A stretch of DNA of 10,141 nucleotides, from contig JBDHDE010000083.1 of assembly GCA_039591655.1 (NCBI GenBank), positions 1 to 10,141 of the forward strand. The letters run 5' to 3'. This stretch comes from Gemmatimonadota bacterium (GTDB lineage: Bacteria; Gemmatimonadota; Gemmatimonadetes; Gemmatimonadales; GWC2-71-9). Numbering within the stretch: position 1 is the first letter of the stretch; each line of letters begins with the position of its first letter. The notes beneath the pieces are model-generated. The model was not told the DNA's origin. It ran no database searches and saw nothing but the letters and a program-made list of their open reading frames with translations. Of this stretch, positions 1-8,216 are shown piece after piece. The translations under genes and the position numbers were made by a program.

Positions 1-1083
1 GCCCAACTCGCCAGGATCGCCATTCTCGAGGAGCACGAGCAGCTGGGCCGCCGCTACATGGACCAGTACCTCCAGATCGACAGCACCTCGGATTGGGCGG
101 AGCTCATACGCCTGGTGGACACGCTGCTCTACGCCAGTCCCGGGGAGCGGCTCAGCGCGCTGGGCTCGTTCCCCACGCGACCTCCCATCGTGCTGGAGAT
201 GTTGGCGCTGGCGGCGGGCGAGTTCGAGCAGTCTTCGGTCGACCGTGAGGCCGCCCACCGCGCGATCAACAGCCTGTGGGACCGGGCCACGACCGAGGCG
301 GATCGACGCGTGGCATTCCGCATGCGCGTGGCAGCGCTGCTGGGGACCGGTCAGATTGCCTCGGCGGACACCCTGCTGCACCGGGGGCGCCGGCGCGGCG
401 TTCCGCGGGGCGACCTCGATCGGTGGATCGTCCTCAGCGCCGCCACCGGTGTGGCCGTCCTCGGCGACCCGGCCGCGCAAGCCGCCGCCGCGGCCCGCCT
501 GCTGCAGGACCCGTCCGACGATCCGGTATCCCTGTGGCTGGCCGCGCGGTGGTATCGGGGGCGAGACCCGGGCGCCGCTGCCGAGGCGACTCAGCGGCTC
601 CGGAGCCGCATGGAGGCCGCGCCGGCACCCACGCCGCTGGAAATGAGCCTGCGTGACGATCTCGCCGCGCTGGACGCGCTTGCGGCCGGCGACACGGCCG
701 GGGCCTTGGAAACCTGGCACGCCGCCACACGACGCTACAGCCTGGAGGATGTCATTTTCGGGCTCGTGGGCTCTCTCTGGCCGCTGCATCTGGACCGCGC
801 CCGGGTCGCAGCTTCCCTGGGTGACCACGACGAGGTGCTCGCCGCGACGGCGAGCTTCCAGCGCATGGCGGGATTCGTCGACCAGGTAGCCTGGCCCGAG
901 GTGTGGCCGCTCCGGGGCGAAGCCCTCATCGCCACGGGCGACGTCATCGCCGCGCGGCGCGTCTACCGGGCGCTGCGCGACGCCCTGCGGGAGGCCAGCG
1001 GCGACCGCGCCGCGCTGCGGGACTCCGTGGTGCAGTGGCTCGAGGAGCTCGAAGGGGTACCCGAGCCCGTCTCGCCGGGCTAG
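1..1083 (+). CDS. TPR-like / alpha-helical repeat protein, C-terminal part (5' truncated by window edge)
   Basis: The frame is open from base 1 (AQLARIAILEEHEQLGRRY precedes the Met at 58), so the gene probably starts upstream. Stop is TAG 1081-1083. The sequence is Ala/Leu/Arg-rich and helical, with TPR-like segments (LHLDRARVAASLGDHDEVL; WPLRGEALIATGDVIAARRVYRAL). No catalytic motif is visible in this part. Confidence 0.6.
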   Translation, partial: AQLARIAILEEHEQLGRRYMDQYLQIDSTSDWAELIRLVDTLLYASPGERLSALGSFPTRPPIVLEMLALAAGEFEQSSVDREAAHRAINSLWDRATTEADRRVAFRMRVAALLGTGQIASADTLLHRGRRRGVPRGDLDRWIVLSAATGVAVLGDPAAQAAAAARLLQDPSDDPVSLWLAARWYRGRDPGAAAEATQRLRSRMEAAPAPTPLEMSLRDDLAALDALAAGDTAGALETWHAATRRYSLEDVIFGLVGSLWPLHLDRARVAASLGDHDEVLAATASFQRMAGFVDQVAWPEVWPLRGEALIATGDVIAARRVYRALRDALREASGDRAALRDSVVQWLEELEGVPEPVSPG

Positions 1084-1087
1084 CACC

Positions 1088-3778
1088 ATGCCGGCTCGAC
1101 GACGGCTGGCGCTCCACACGCTCCTCTGCCTCGTCTCAGCCGGGCTCCCTCCCGCTGCCACCGCCCAGCAGGCCACGCTCACCGGCACCGTCACGGACTC
1201 CTTGACGGGCGCACCCGTCGATGGCGTGCGGGTGGATCTCATGGCGAACGGTGCGCAGGTCGCGCGGGCCACGACCGATGACTCGGGCCGTTTCAGTCTC
1301 GCGGGCCTCGACGCCAACAGCTACACCCTGCTCTTCACGCGCATCGACTACCGCCAGCTCCGCGTCGAGGACGTGACGCTGGGAACCGGCGAATCGCGCA
1401 CCCTGGCGGTGCGGATGGCTCCCCTCGCCATCGCCCTCAACCCCGTGGTGGTCTCCGCATCCCGCACCGAGCAGAAGGTGCTGGACGCCCCCGCCTCGGT
1501 CTCCGTGATCGAGCGCCGGGAGATGGAGGAGCGCACCGAGCTCACCGCGGTGGACTACACCGCCGGTGTCGCAGCCGTGGACTATGCGCAGACCGGCCTC
1601 AACACGCACGAGGTGGTGGTCCGGGGATTCAACAACGTGGCCTCGGGCGCCCTGCTCGTCCTCACGGACTACCGGTACGCCGCGGTGCCTTCCCTGCGGA
1701 TCAACGTCTTCAACTTCATCCCGCTGGCCGGCGACGACTTGGCCCGCATGGAGGTGGTGCGGGGACCGGGCTCAGCGCTGTACGGCCCCAACAGCGCAAA
1801 CGGGGCCTACCATCTGATCTCGCACCGGCCGATGGACGCGCCCGGGACGGTGGTGAGCCTCACCGGCGGCAGCCAGTCGCTGTTCCAGGGCACCCTGCGG
1901 CACGCTTCGAGGCTGGGACGCCGCTTCGGCCTCAAGGTCTCGGCGCAGTACCTGCGCGGCACCGACTGGGTATACGTCGACTCAACGGAGCTGCAGAGCC
2001 GGCAGGACGCCATCGCCGGTGGCGCCGATTCCGACACGCTCCTCATCGGGGCCCGCGACCCCGACGTCCAGCACCTGGCGGGCGAGCTGCAGTTCGAGTG
2101 GCGCCCATCCGACGGCACGTCGTGGATCACGTCGCTCGGCGCGAGCGACGCGCTGAGCAACGTGGCACTCACCCCGCTGGGTGCGGCTCAGGTAAACAAG
2201 TGGAAGTACTACTACCTGCAGACACGGCTGAGCCACGGCCGGCTGTTCACCCAGGCGTTCGTCAACATCAACAACGCGGGCGACACATACCTATTGCGCA
2301 ACGGCAACACGGTGGCGGACCGGTCCCTGATGCTGGTGGGCCAGGTGCAGCACGCCGCGACGGCCGGCCGCCGCCTCATCCTCACCTACGGGCTGGACCT
2401 GCAGAGCACGATCCCGCGTACCGACAGCACCATCACCGGCCGCAATGAGGACGATGACACCATCAACGAGGCGGGCGCGTACCTGCACAGCGAGACCGTG
2501 CTGCACCGCCAACTCGACCTGGTGGCGGCGCTGCGCCTGGACTACCACAACCGCATCGAGAACTTGGTCCTGTCGCCGCGCGCCGCGCTGGTGTTCCGGC
2601 CAGCACCGTCGCACGCCCTGCGGTTCACCTACAACCGGGCGTTCAGCACTCCCAACACCAACAACCTGTCCCTCGACCTGTTCGGTGATTCCCTGAGGGT
2701 GCCCGGAGACGCCCCGCCGCCGTTCGCGGGGGCGACGCTCCCCTACGCGGTCCGGCTGCAGGGCGTGCCCGAGACCGGGTACACCTTCGATCGCTCGTGT
2801 AGCAGCGGGCTGTGCATGCGGTCGCCGTTCACGCCGGCGAGCGTCGGCCAGCCGACCGACTACATCGCAGTGGATGCCACGCAGCTGTGGAGCTCCGTGG
2901 TCGATTCGCTGGCCAACTTCGGCATCGACCTGTCGGCCATCCCGGCGCCGACCAGCGCAGAAGTGGAGACCGAGCTGAAGCGCCTCGACATCGCCTCGGG
3001 AAGTTACGATCCGGTGAGCGACGTGGCCGACATCCCGGCGCTCCGCCCCACCATCACCAACACGCTCGAGCTCGGCTACCGGGGCGTGATCGCCGAACGG
3101 CTGAGCCTGGCCGCGGACGTGTACTACACCTGGAAGAACGACTTCATCAGCGCGGAGCAGGTCGAGACCCCGAACGCGTTCTACGACGTCACGACGCTGG
3201 CCCAATACCTCGCGAACTTCCTGCCGCCCGATCAGGCGCTGGGCATCGCAGCCGTGATGGCGGAGCTGCCGGTGGGAACGGTGGTGCCCCAGCAGGCCCT
3301 CGACCCCTGGGACATCATCGTCACGTACCGCAACTTCGGGAAGATCACGCTGTGGGGCGCCGACCTGGACCTCACCGCTTTCCTGTCGCGATACTTCGCG
3401 CTGCGGGGGACCTACTCCTGGGTGAGCCGCAATAGGTTCGCCGTAGTGAACGTGGTGGGCCGGCCCGACACGCTCCTGCTCAATGCACCGACGAGCAAGG
3501 GGTCCGCCGCGCTGCTGTTCCGCGACGACGTGATCGGGCTCAACGCCCAAGTGCGGTGGCGGGGCGTGGAGCGATTCCCCGTGCGCTCCGGGGTGTACGC
3601 CGGCGAGGTGCCCGGCTATGGCGTGTGGGACGTTGCCATCGGCTATCGGCTGCCGTGGCACTACGATTTGCTGGTGGTGCTCAGCGCCCGCAACGTGCTC
3701 GACAACGAGCACCAGGAGTTCGTTGGGGCCGCGCCGATCGGGCGGCTGGTGACGCTGCGCCTGCGGGCGGGGTTTTAG
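1088..3778 (+). CDS. TonB-dependent outer membrane receptor with N-terminal carboxypeptidase-regulatory-like domain
   Basis: 896 aa. It has a signal peptide (MPARRRLALHTLLCLVSAGLPPAATA-QQ), an N-terminal beta-sandwich (LTGTVTDSLTGAPVDGVRV...TDDSGRFSL), a TonB-box-like LNPVVVSASR (1436-1465), plug motifs (DAPASVSVI; RMEVVRGPGSALYG), barrel motifs (LSPRAALVF; YNRAFSTP; LELGYRG; ARNVLD) and a terminal Phe (LRLRAGF). Confidence 0.95.
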   Translation: MPARRRLALHTLLCLVSAGLPPAATAQQATLTGTVTDSLTGAPVDGVRVDLMANGAQVARATTDDSGRFSLAGLDANSYTLLFTRIDYRQLRVEDVTLGTGESRTLAVRMAPLAIALNPVVVSASRTEQKVLDAPASVSVIERREMEERTELTAVDYTAGVAAVDYAQTGLNTHEVVVRGFNNVASGALLVLTDYRYAAVPSLRINVFNFIPLAGDDLARMEVVRGPGSALYGPNSANGAYHLISHRPMDAPGTVVSLTGGSQSLFQGTLRHASRLGRRFGLKVSAQYLRGTDWVYVDSTELQSRQDAIAGGADSDTLLIGARDPDVQHLAGELQFEWRPSDGTSWITSLGASDALSNVALTPLGAAQVNKWKYYYLQTRLSHGRLFTQAFVNINNAGDTYLLRNGNTVADRSLMLVGQVQHAATAGRRLILTYGLDLQSTIPRTDSTITGRNEDDDTINEAGAYLHSETVLHRQLDLVAALRLDYHNRIENLVLSPRAALVFRPAPSHALRFTYNRAFSTPNTNNLSLDLFGDSLRVPGDAPPPFAGATLPYAVRLQGVPETGYTFDRSCSSGLCMRSPFTPASVGQPTDYIAVDATQLWSSVVDSLANFGIDLSAIPAPTSAEVETELKRLDIASGSYDPVSDVADIPALRPTITNTLELGYRGVIAERLSLAADVYYTWKNDFISAEQVETPNAFYDVTTLAQYLANFLPPDQALGIAAVMAELPVGTVVPQQALDPWDIIVTYRNFGKITLWGADLDLTAFLSRYFALRGTYSWVSRNRFAVVNVVGRPDTLLLNAPTSKGSAALLFRDDVIGLNAQVRWRGVERFPVRSGVYAGEVPGYGVWDVAIGYRLPWHYDLLVVLSARNVLDNEHQEFVGAAPIGRLVTLRLRAGF

Positions 3779-3830
3779 GACGCCCGCCCACTGGAGGGCG
3801 GCGCACTACCTCGCGCGACTATCGGTCCCG

Positions 3831-3835
3831 GGAGG
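3831..3835 (+). promoter_or_regulatory. Shine-Dalgarno site for the DUF4153-like gene
   Basis: GGAGG lies 6 nt before GTG 3842 and 9 nt before ATG 3845. Confidence 0.6.
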
Positions 3836-3841
3836 GGCCTC

Positions 3842-5644
3842 GTGATGCAGCTGCAGTCCCTCAAGCTCCTGACAACGTCCGCCTGGAGCACTCTCCAGCG
3901 ATTCCCCTTCGTGCTCGGTGCGGCCGCGGTGGCAGCGGTGGGGTGGATCCTCGGCATCGAGTACCCGGACCAGTTCCTCTACCTGCGTCTGGCGAGCTCG
4001 GCCGCCCTGGGCATCCCGCTGTTCGTGGCGCTGGCGCTACTCGCGGAGCGCCGGGCCTGGCGGGGTGCACCACGCGCCGCCGCCGAGATCGGGGGAGTCC
4101 TCGTCCTGCTACTGTTCTTCTTCCTGTGGTCCCGGTGGCCCGAGGCCAGTGGGTGGATGCGGTTCTTCCACCTCGCCGTGGCGCTCCACCTGCTCGTGGC
4201 CGTCCTCCCTTACGCCGGCGTCGATGAGCCGAACGGCTTCTGGCACTACAACAAGAGCCTGTTCCTCAGGATTCTCACCGCCCTGCTCTTCTCCTGGGTG
4301 CTGTGGGGTGGGTTAGCCGTGGCGCTGCGTGCGATAGAGATGCTGCTGGGCATCGACGTTCCGGTGGAGCGCTACCCGGAAACCATGGTGCTCGTGTTCT
4401 ACCTGTTCAATACATGGTACTTCCTGGGCGGTGTTCCCCGGGATCTGCCGGCGTTGGAGGGTCGCGGCGACTACCCCGCGGTGCTCAAGGTCTTCTCGCA
4501 GTACATCCTGGTCCCAATAGTGACAGTCTACCTAGCTATCCTCTCCATCTACCTGGTTCGCGTGATCATCACTTGGGTGTGGCCCAGCGGGTGGATTGGG
4601 TGGCTTGTCTCCGGCGTCGCCGCGGCCGGCATACTCGCCCTGCTCCTGGTGTACCCGGTGCGGGAGCGGGAGGAGAACCGCTGGATCGGTCAGTACGCCC
4701 GCTGGTTCTACATCGTGCTGTTTCCGTCCATCGTGATGTTGTGGCTCGCCATCTGGCAGCGGGTGGATCAGTACGGCGTCACCGAACGACGGTATTTCCT
4801 AGCGATCCTCTCCATCTGGCTCGCAGGCATCGCCGTGTACTACACGCTGCGGGGCTCCCGCAAGATCATCGTGATCCCGGCGTCCCTCTGCGTGGTGGGC
4901 CTCGCCACGTTGATTGGCCCCTGGTCGGCCTACGCGGTCTCCCGGCGGAGCCAGACAGGCCGCCTCGAGGAGCTCCTCACCCGGAATGACCTGCTGGAGG
5001 AAGGAGCCGTCCGGCCGGCGGAGGGGGATGTCCCGTACCTGGACCGGCGCGAGATCAGCGCCGTGGTGCGGTACCTACTCGAAGCCCACGGCCCAAGAGC
5101 CATCAGCCCCTGGTTCGGTGAGGAACTGGTGGCCGCCGCCGATACCACCGACGACGGCACGGGTTCTGCATATGACAGGGTGGACGGGCAGGCCCGGGCC
5201 GTAGTGGCGCAGCTCGGCCTGGCGTACGTGGACCGCTGGCAGCGTGGTACCGAAGAACGGTTCGATTACTTCGCAGCAGCGTCCCTGGAAGCGGTGGCGA
5301 TCGCGGGATACCATTATGTACTGCGGGTGGACCGCGATTTGTTCGATTCCACCGCCGTGGTGGGTGAGAAGCGGCTGGCGTGCGACTCGGTGGAAGTTTC
5401 GCTCCGACTCATCCACGAGGACGGAGTCGCCCTGGCGATTCCCCTCGAGGCGGCAATCGACCGGGCGGCGGCCCACCGGCAGACGGGCGGCGAGAGGGGC
5501 ATCCCGCGGGATTCCCTGCACATCGTCGCGGAAGACGACCGGGCCCTGGTGGCGGTCTACGTATCGAGCATTGCAGGGCGACACACTGCGGCGGGGCCGG
5601 TGCTCAGCAGCCTGGCCGCCGACGTGTACGTGAGGGTCAAGTAA
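3842..5644 (+). CDS. DUF4153-like polytopic inner membrane protein (start may be ATG 3845)
   Basis: 600 aa. About 10-11 hydrophobic segments occupy the first ~365 aa, followed by a soluble domain. Motifs I recognise from this family: FWHYNKSLFLR, YILVPIVTVYLAILSIY, AIWQRVDQYGVTERRY, GPWSAYAVSRRSQTGRL. Confidence 0.8.
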   Translation: MMQLQSLKLLTTSAWSTLQRFPFVLGAAAVAAVGWILGIEYPDQFLYLRLASSAALGIPLFVALALLAERRAWRGAPRAAAEIGGVLVLLLFFFLWSRWPEASGWMRFFHLAVALHLLVAVLPYAGVDEPNGFWHYNKSLFLRILTALLFSWVLWGGLAVALRAIEMLLGIDVPVERYPETMVLVFYLFNTWYFLGGVPRDLPALEGRGDYPAVLKVFSQYILVPIVTVYLAILSIYLVRVIITWVWPSGWIGWLVSGVAAAGILALLLVYPVREREENRWIGQYARWFYIVLFPSIVMLWLAIWQRVDQYGVTERRYFLAILSIWLAGIAVYYTLRGSRKIIVIPASLCVVGLATLIGPWSAYAVSRRSQTGRLEELLTRNDLLEEGAVRPAEGDVPYLDRREISAVVRYLLEAHGPRAISPWFGEELVAAADTTDDGTGSAYDRVDGQARAVVAQLGLAYVDRWQRGTEERFDYFAAASLEAVAIAGYHYVLRVDRDLFDSTAVVGEKRLACDSVEVSLRLIHEDGVALAIPLEAAIDRAAAHRQTGGERGIPRDSLHIVAEDDRALVAVYVSSIAGRHTAAGPVLSSLAADVYVRVK

Positions 5645-5647
5645 GGT

Positions 5648-5655
5648 GAGGGGAG
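5648..5655 (+). promoter_or_regulatory. Shine-Dalgarno site for the receiver-domain gene
   Basis: A purine-rich GAGGGGAG lies in the 14-nt gap between TAA 5642-5644 and ATG 5659, supporting the long N-terminus as translated. Confidence 0.6.
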
Positions 5656-5658
5656 TCG

Positions 5659-6453
5659 ATGCCTGAGACGTCAGAGGACGAGCAACGCCAAGCTGAGCGA
5701 CGCCAGGAACTGGTACGCCGTACCGCCTCAGCCCGGCGCTCGGGTGAGGACCCGCGCCAACGGACCGAACCCACGACTGTGGCGCAGGAGCGACGCAGCG
5801 GCAGCGAGCGCCGCATCACGCTACGCCGCGCGGGCCGGCGCCGTCGCCGCTTCGACCGCAGGGTCGCAGACCGCCGCGAGCCCAGCCCGTCGGCCTACAC
5901 CCGGGAGGAGGTGGCCCTCATCCGGAAGCTCCTCACGACTCACCGGCTCCCCTTCCTGTGCCCCCGCTGCGATGGCCTGCTCGCCATGGGCAGCCCCATC
6001 GCCCGAGAGGGAAGCACGATTCGCACGGTCCGCTGCACCTCGTGTCGCCGCAGCGTCTCCCTCGCCGATTACAGCGTCGCCCGCATCCTGGTAGTGGACG
6101 AGGATGAGCGGGCCCGCGAGGTGCTCAGGACGATCCTGGGCATCGCGGGACACGAAGTGGTGGCGCTGCCCGACGCCAACGCCGCTCTCCGCTCCTGCCG
6201 GCACAACCCCGCCGACGTGATCTTCGTGGATGTCACACCGGGAACCGGAGCCGTCGCGTTCCTGCGGCAGTGTCGCAAGGAGTTCCCCAAAGCCACCATG
6301 GTCGCCATCGGCGGGCGACCGCGCTACGCGGCGGGCGATCCCTTGCTCGTTGCCTCCAGGCTGGGCGCCCAGTACGCGTTGCGGAAGCCCTTCGCCCCCC
6401 ACGACGTGCTACGAACGCTGGACGACGCCCTGGGACTCGCCCGAGCCAGCTGA
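5659..6453 (+). CDS. Response regulator-like protein: Arg-rich N-terminus, CxxC-x21-CxxC Zn ribbon, C-terminal receiver (REC) domain
   Basis: 264 aa. The REC domain starts at ~aa 142: RILVVDED acidic pocket, DVIFVD (D191), LGAQYALRKPF (K243). CPRC is at 5959-5970 and CTSC at 6034-6045. No DNA-binding output domain is seen. Confidence 0.8.
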   Translation: MPETSEDEQRQAERRQELVRRTASARRSGEDPRQRTEPTTVAQERRSGSERRITLRRAGRRRRRFDRRVADRREPSPSAYTREEVALIRKLLTTHRLPFLCPRCDGLLAMGSPIAREGSTIRTVRCTSCRRSVSLADYSVARILVVDEDERAREVLRTILGIAGHEVVALPDANAALRSCRHNPADVIFVDVTPGTGAVAFLRQCRKEFPKATMVAIGGRPRYAAGDPLLVASRLGAQYALRKPFAPHDVLRTLDDALGLARAS

Positions 6454-6456
6454 ACG

Positions 6457-8190
6457 CTACTTCGCAGCGGCCGCCTTGGCCGCGATCTTCGCCCAGGTGT
6501 CTCGCAAAGTCACCGTGCGGTTGTAGACCAGGCCGCCCGGCTTCGACTCCTCGACGTCGCTGATGAAGTAGCCCTGGCGCTCGAACTGGTAGCGGGTGCC
6601 GCAAGGGTCGTCGCCCACGCCGCGCTCGATGCGGGCCTCGGTCAGCGAGACCAGCGACTCGGGGTTCAGGTAGTCCTTGAAGTCCTTCCCTTCCTCGACA
6701 CCGTCAGGGTTGGCCTTGAGGAACAGGCGGTCATACAGCCGCACCTCGCACGGCAGCGAGTGCTCGGCCGAGACCCAGTGGATGGTTCCTTTCACCTTGC
6801 GGCCGTCGGGGGTGCCGCTCCGCGTCTCGGGGTCGTAGGTGCAGCGCAGCTCGGTGATCTCCCCCGACTTGGGGTCCTTGATCACCTCTTGGCACTTGAT
6901 GATGTACGCGTAGCGCAGCCGCACCTCCCGCCCCGGCGCGAGCCGAAAGAACTTCTTCGGCGGATCGTCCATGAAGTCGTCGCGCTCGATGTAGAGCTCG
7001 CGCGAGAACGGCAGCGTGCGCGAGCCCTCCTTGGGAACGTCCCGCGGATAGTAGGGCGCCTCCAGCTCCTCGACCTGCCCCTCGGGGCAGTTGGTGATCA
7101 CCACCTTGAGGGGACGTAGCACGCACAGCACTCGCGGCACCTCGGGGTTCAGGTCGTCGCGGATGGCGAACTCCAGCTTCTCAAGGTCGACCCGACTGTC
7201 GGTCTTTGCCACGCCCACCATGTCGCAGAACTTGCGGATTGCCTCCGGCCTGATGCCGCGGCGCCGCATCCCGGCGATCGTGGGCATACGGGGATCGTCC
7301 CACCCCGAGACGACTCCCTCCTCCACGAGTCGGATGAGCTTCCGCTTGGACATCACCGTGTGGTCGAGTTTCAGCCGTGCGAACTCGGTCTGATAGGTGC
7401 GCGGCTTCTCGATGCCCACCGCGTCGAGCACCCACTCGTACAGCTCGTTGTTGTCCTTGAACTCGATGCTGCAAAGGGAGTGAGTGATGTCCTCGATCGC
7501 ATCCGACAGGCAGTGGGTGTAGTCGTACAGCGGGTACAGGCACCACCCGTCGCCCCGCCGGTAGTGGGCCGCGTGGCGGATGCGATACAGCACCGGATCG
7601 CGCATCAGCATATTGGGGTGTGCCATGTCGATCTTGCCGCGCAGCACATGCGCCCCGTCCTCGAACTCCCCCGCCTTCATGCGCCGGAAGAGGTCCAGGT
7701 TCTCCTCCACTGAGCGGTCGCGGTAGGGACTGTGGCGCCCCGGCTCGGTGACCGTGCCGCGGTACTCCCGAATCTCCTCCTCGGAGAGGCTGTCCACGTA
7801 GGCCAGTCCCTTCTCGATCACCAGCTCGGCCCACTCGTACAGCTGCTCGAAATAGTCCGAGGCGAAATACATCCGGTCGTCCCAGTCGAAACCGAGCCAC
7901 CGGATATCCCGTTCGAAGGCCTCGACGTACTTCATGTCCTCGCCTTCGGGGTTGGTATCGTCGAACCGCAGGTTGCAGGTGCCGCCGTACTCCAGCGCGA
8001 GGCCGAAGCTCACGCTGCAGGCCTTGGCGTGCCCGATGTGGGGATAGCCGTTGGGCTCGGGCGGGAACCGGGTGGCTACGCGGCCGCCGTATTTGCCCGT
8101 GCGGTTGTCCTCCTCGACCATCGACCGGATGAAATCGAGGCCGCGCGGCCGCGCTTCCTCTTTGGCCTGCTTGTGGCGTGCGCTTCCCAA
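6457..8190 (-). CDS. glnS: Glutamine--tRNA ligase (class I GlnRS), no C-terminal YqeY domain
   Basis: 577 aa from TTG 8190. Motifs: [17 protein letters not shown] (HIGH), [36 protein letters not shown] (KMSKS equivalent), [54 protein letters not shown]. Stop is TAG 6457-6459. The start is inferred from AGGAGG at 8195-8200. Confidence 0.95.
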   Translation of the reverse strand: MGSARHKQAKEEARPRGLDFIRSMVEEDNRTGKYGGRVATRFPPEPNGYPHIGHAKACSVSFGLALEYGGTCNLRFDDTNPEGEDMKYVEAFERDIRWLGFDWDDRMYFASDYFEQLYEWAELVIEKGLAYVDSLSEEEIREYRGTVTEPGRHSPYRDRSVEENLDLFRRMKAGEFEDGAHVLRGKIDMAHPNMLMRDPVLYRIRHAAHYRRGDGWCLYPLYDYTHCLSDAIEDITHSLCSIEFKDNNELYEWVLDAVGIEKPRTYQTEFARLKLDHTVMSKRKLIRLVEEGVVSGWDDPRMPTIAGMRRRGIRPEAIRKFCDMVGVAKTDSRVDLEKLEFAIRDDLNPEVPRVLCVLRPLKVVITNCPEGQVEELEAPYYPRDVPKEGSRTLPFSRELYIERDDFMDDPPKKFFRLAPGREVRLRYAYIIKCQEVIKDPKSGEITELRCTYDPETRSGTPDGRKVKGTIHWVSAEHSLPCEVRLYDRLFLKANPDGVEEGKDFKDYLNPESLVSLTEARIERGVGDDPCGTRYQFERQGYFISDVEESKPGGLVYNRTVTLRDTWAKIAAKAAAAK

Positions 8191-8194
8191 CGAG

Positions 8195-8200
8195 CCTCCT
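8195..8200 (-). promoter_or_regulatory. Shine-Dalgarno site of glnS
   Basis: The minus strand reads AGGAGG-CTCG-TTG. The TTG (8188-8190) is in frame with the GlnRS motifs, and the site lies just after the native RND stop at 8217. The spacing is short (4 nt). Confidence 0.65.
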
Positions 8201-8216
8201 GGCGGGCCGCCCGGTG

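Noticed and set aside
58..60. ATG 58 as the start of the first gene
   Set aside because: There is no in-frame stop or SD upstream and the frame is open to base 1, so it is probably an internal Met.
2291..3712. 473-aa antisense ORF within the receptor gene
   Set aside because: It is a shadow ORF expected from high GC3 codon bias and has no recognisable motifs.
3781..3810. Intrinsic terminator after the receptor gene
   Set aside because: The hairpin has no following U-tract, so it is kept only as a low-interest structure.
4300..4620. Slightly more A/T-ending codons in the DUF4153-like gene as a sign of horizontal transfer
   Set aside because: This is an unquantified impression, partly explained by hydrophobic residues, and there are no mobility genes or flanking repeats.
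3556..4989. Alternative-frame ORFs (3556-4227, 3918-4316, 4303-4989) overlapping the receptor and membrane-protein genes
   Set aside because: They are Arg/Pro/Gly-rich off-frame translations typical of GC-rich DNA.
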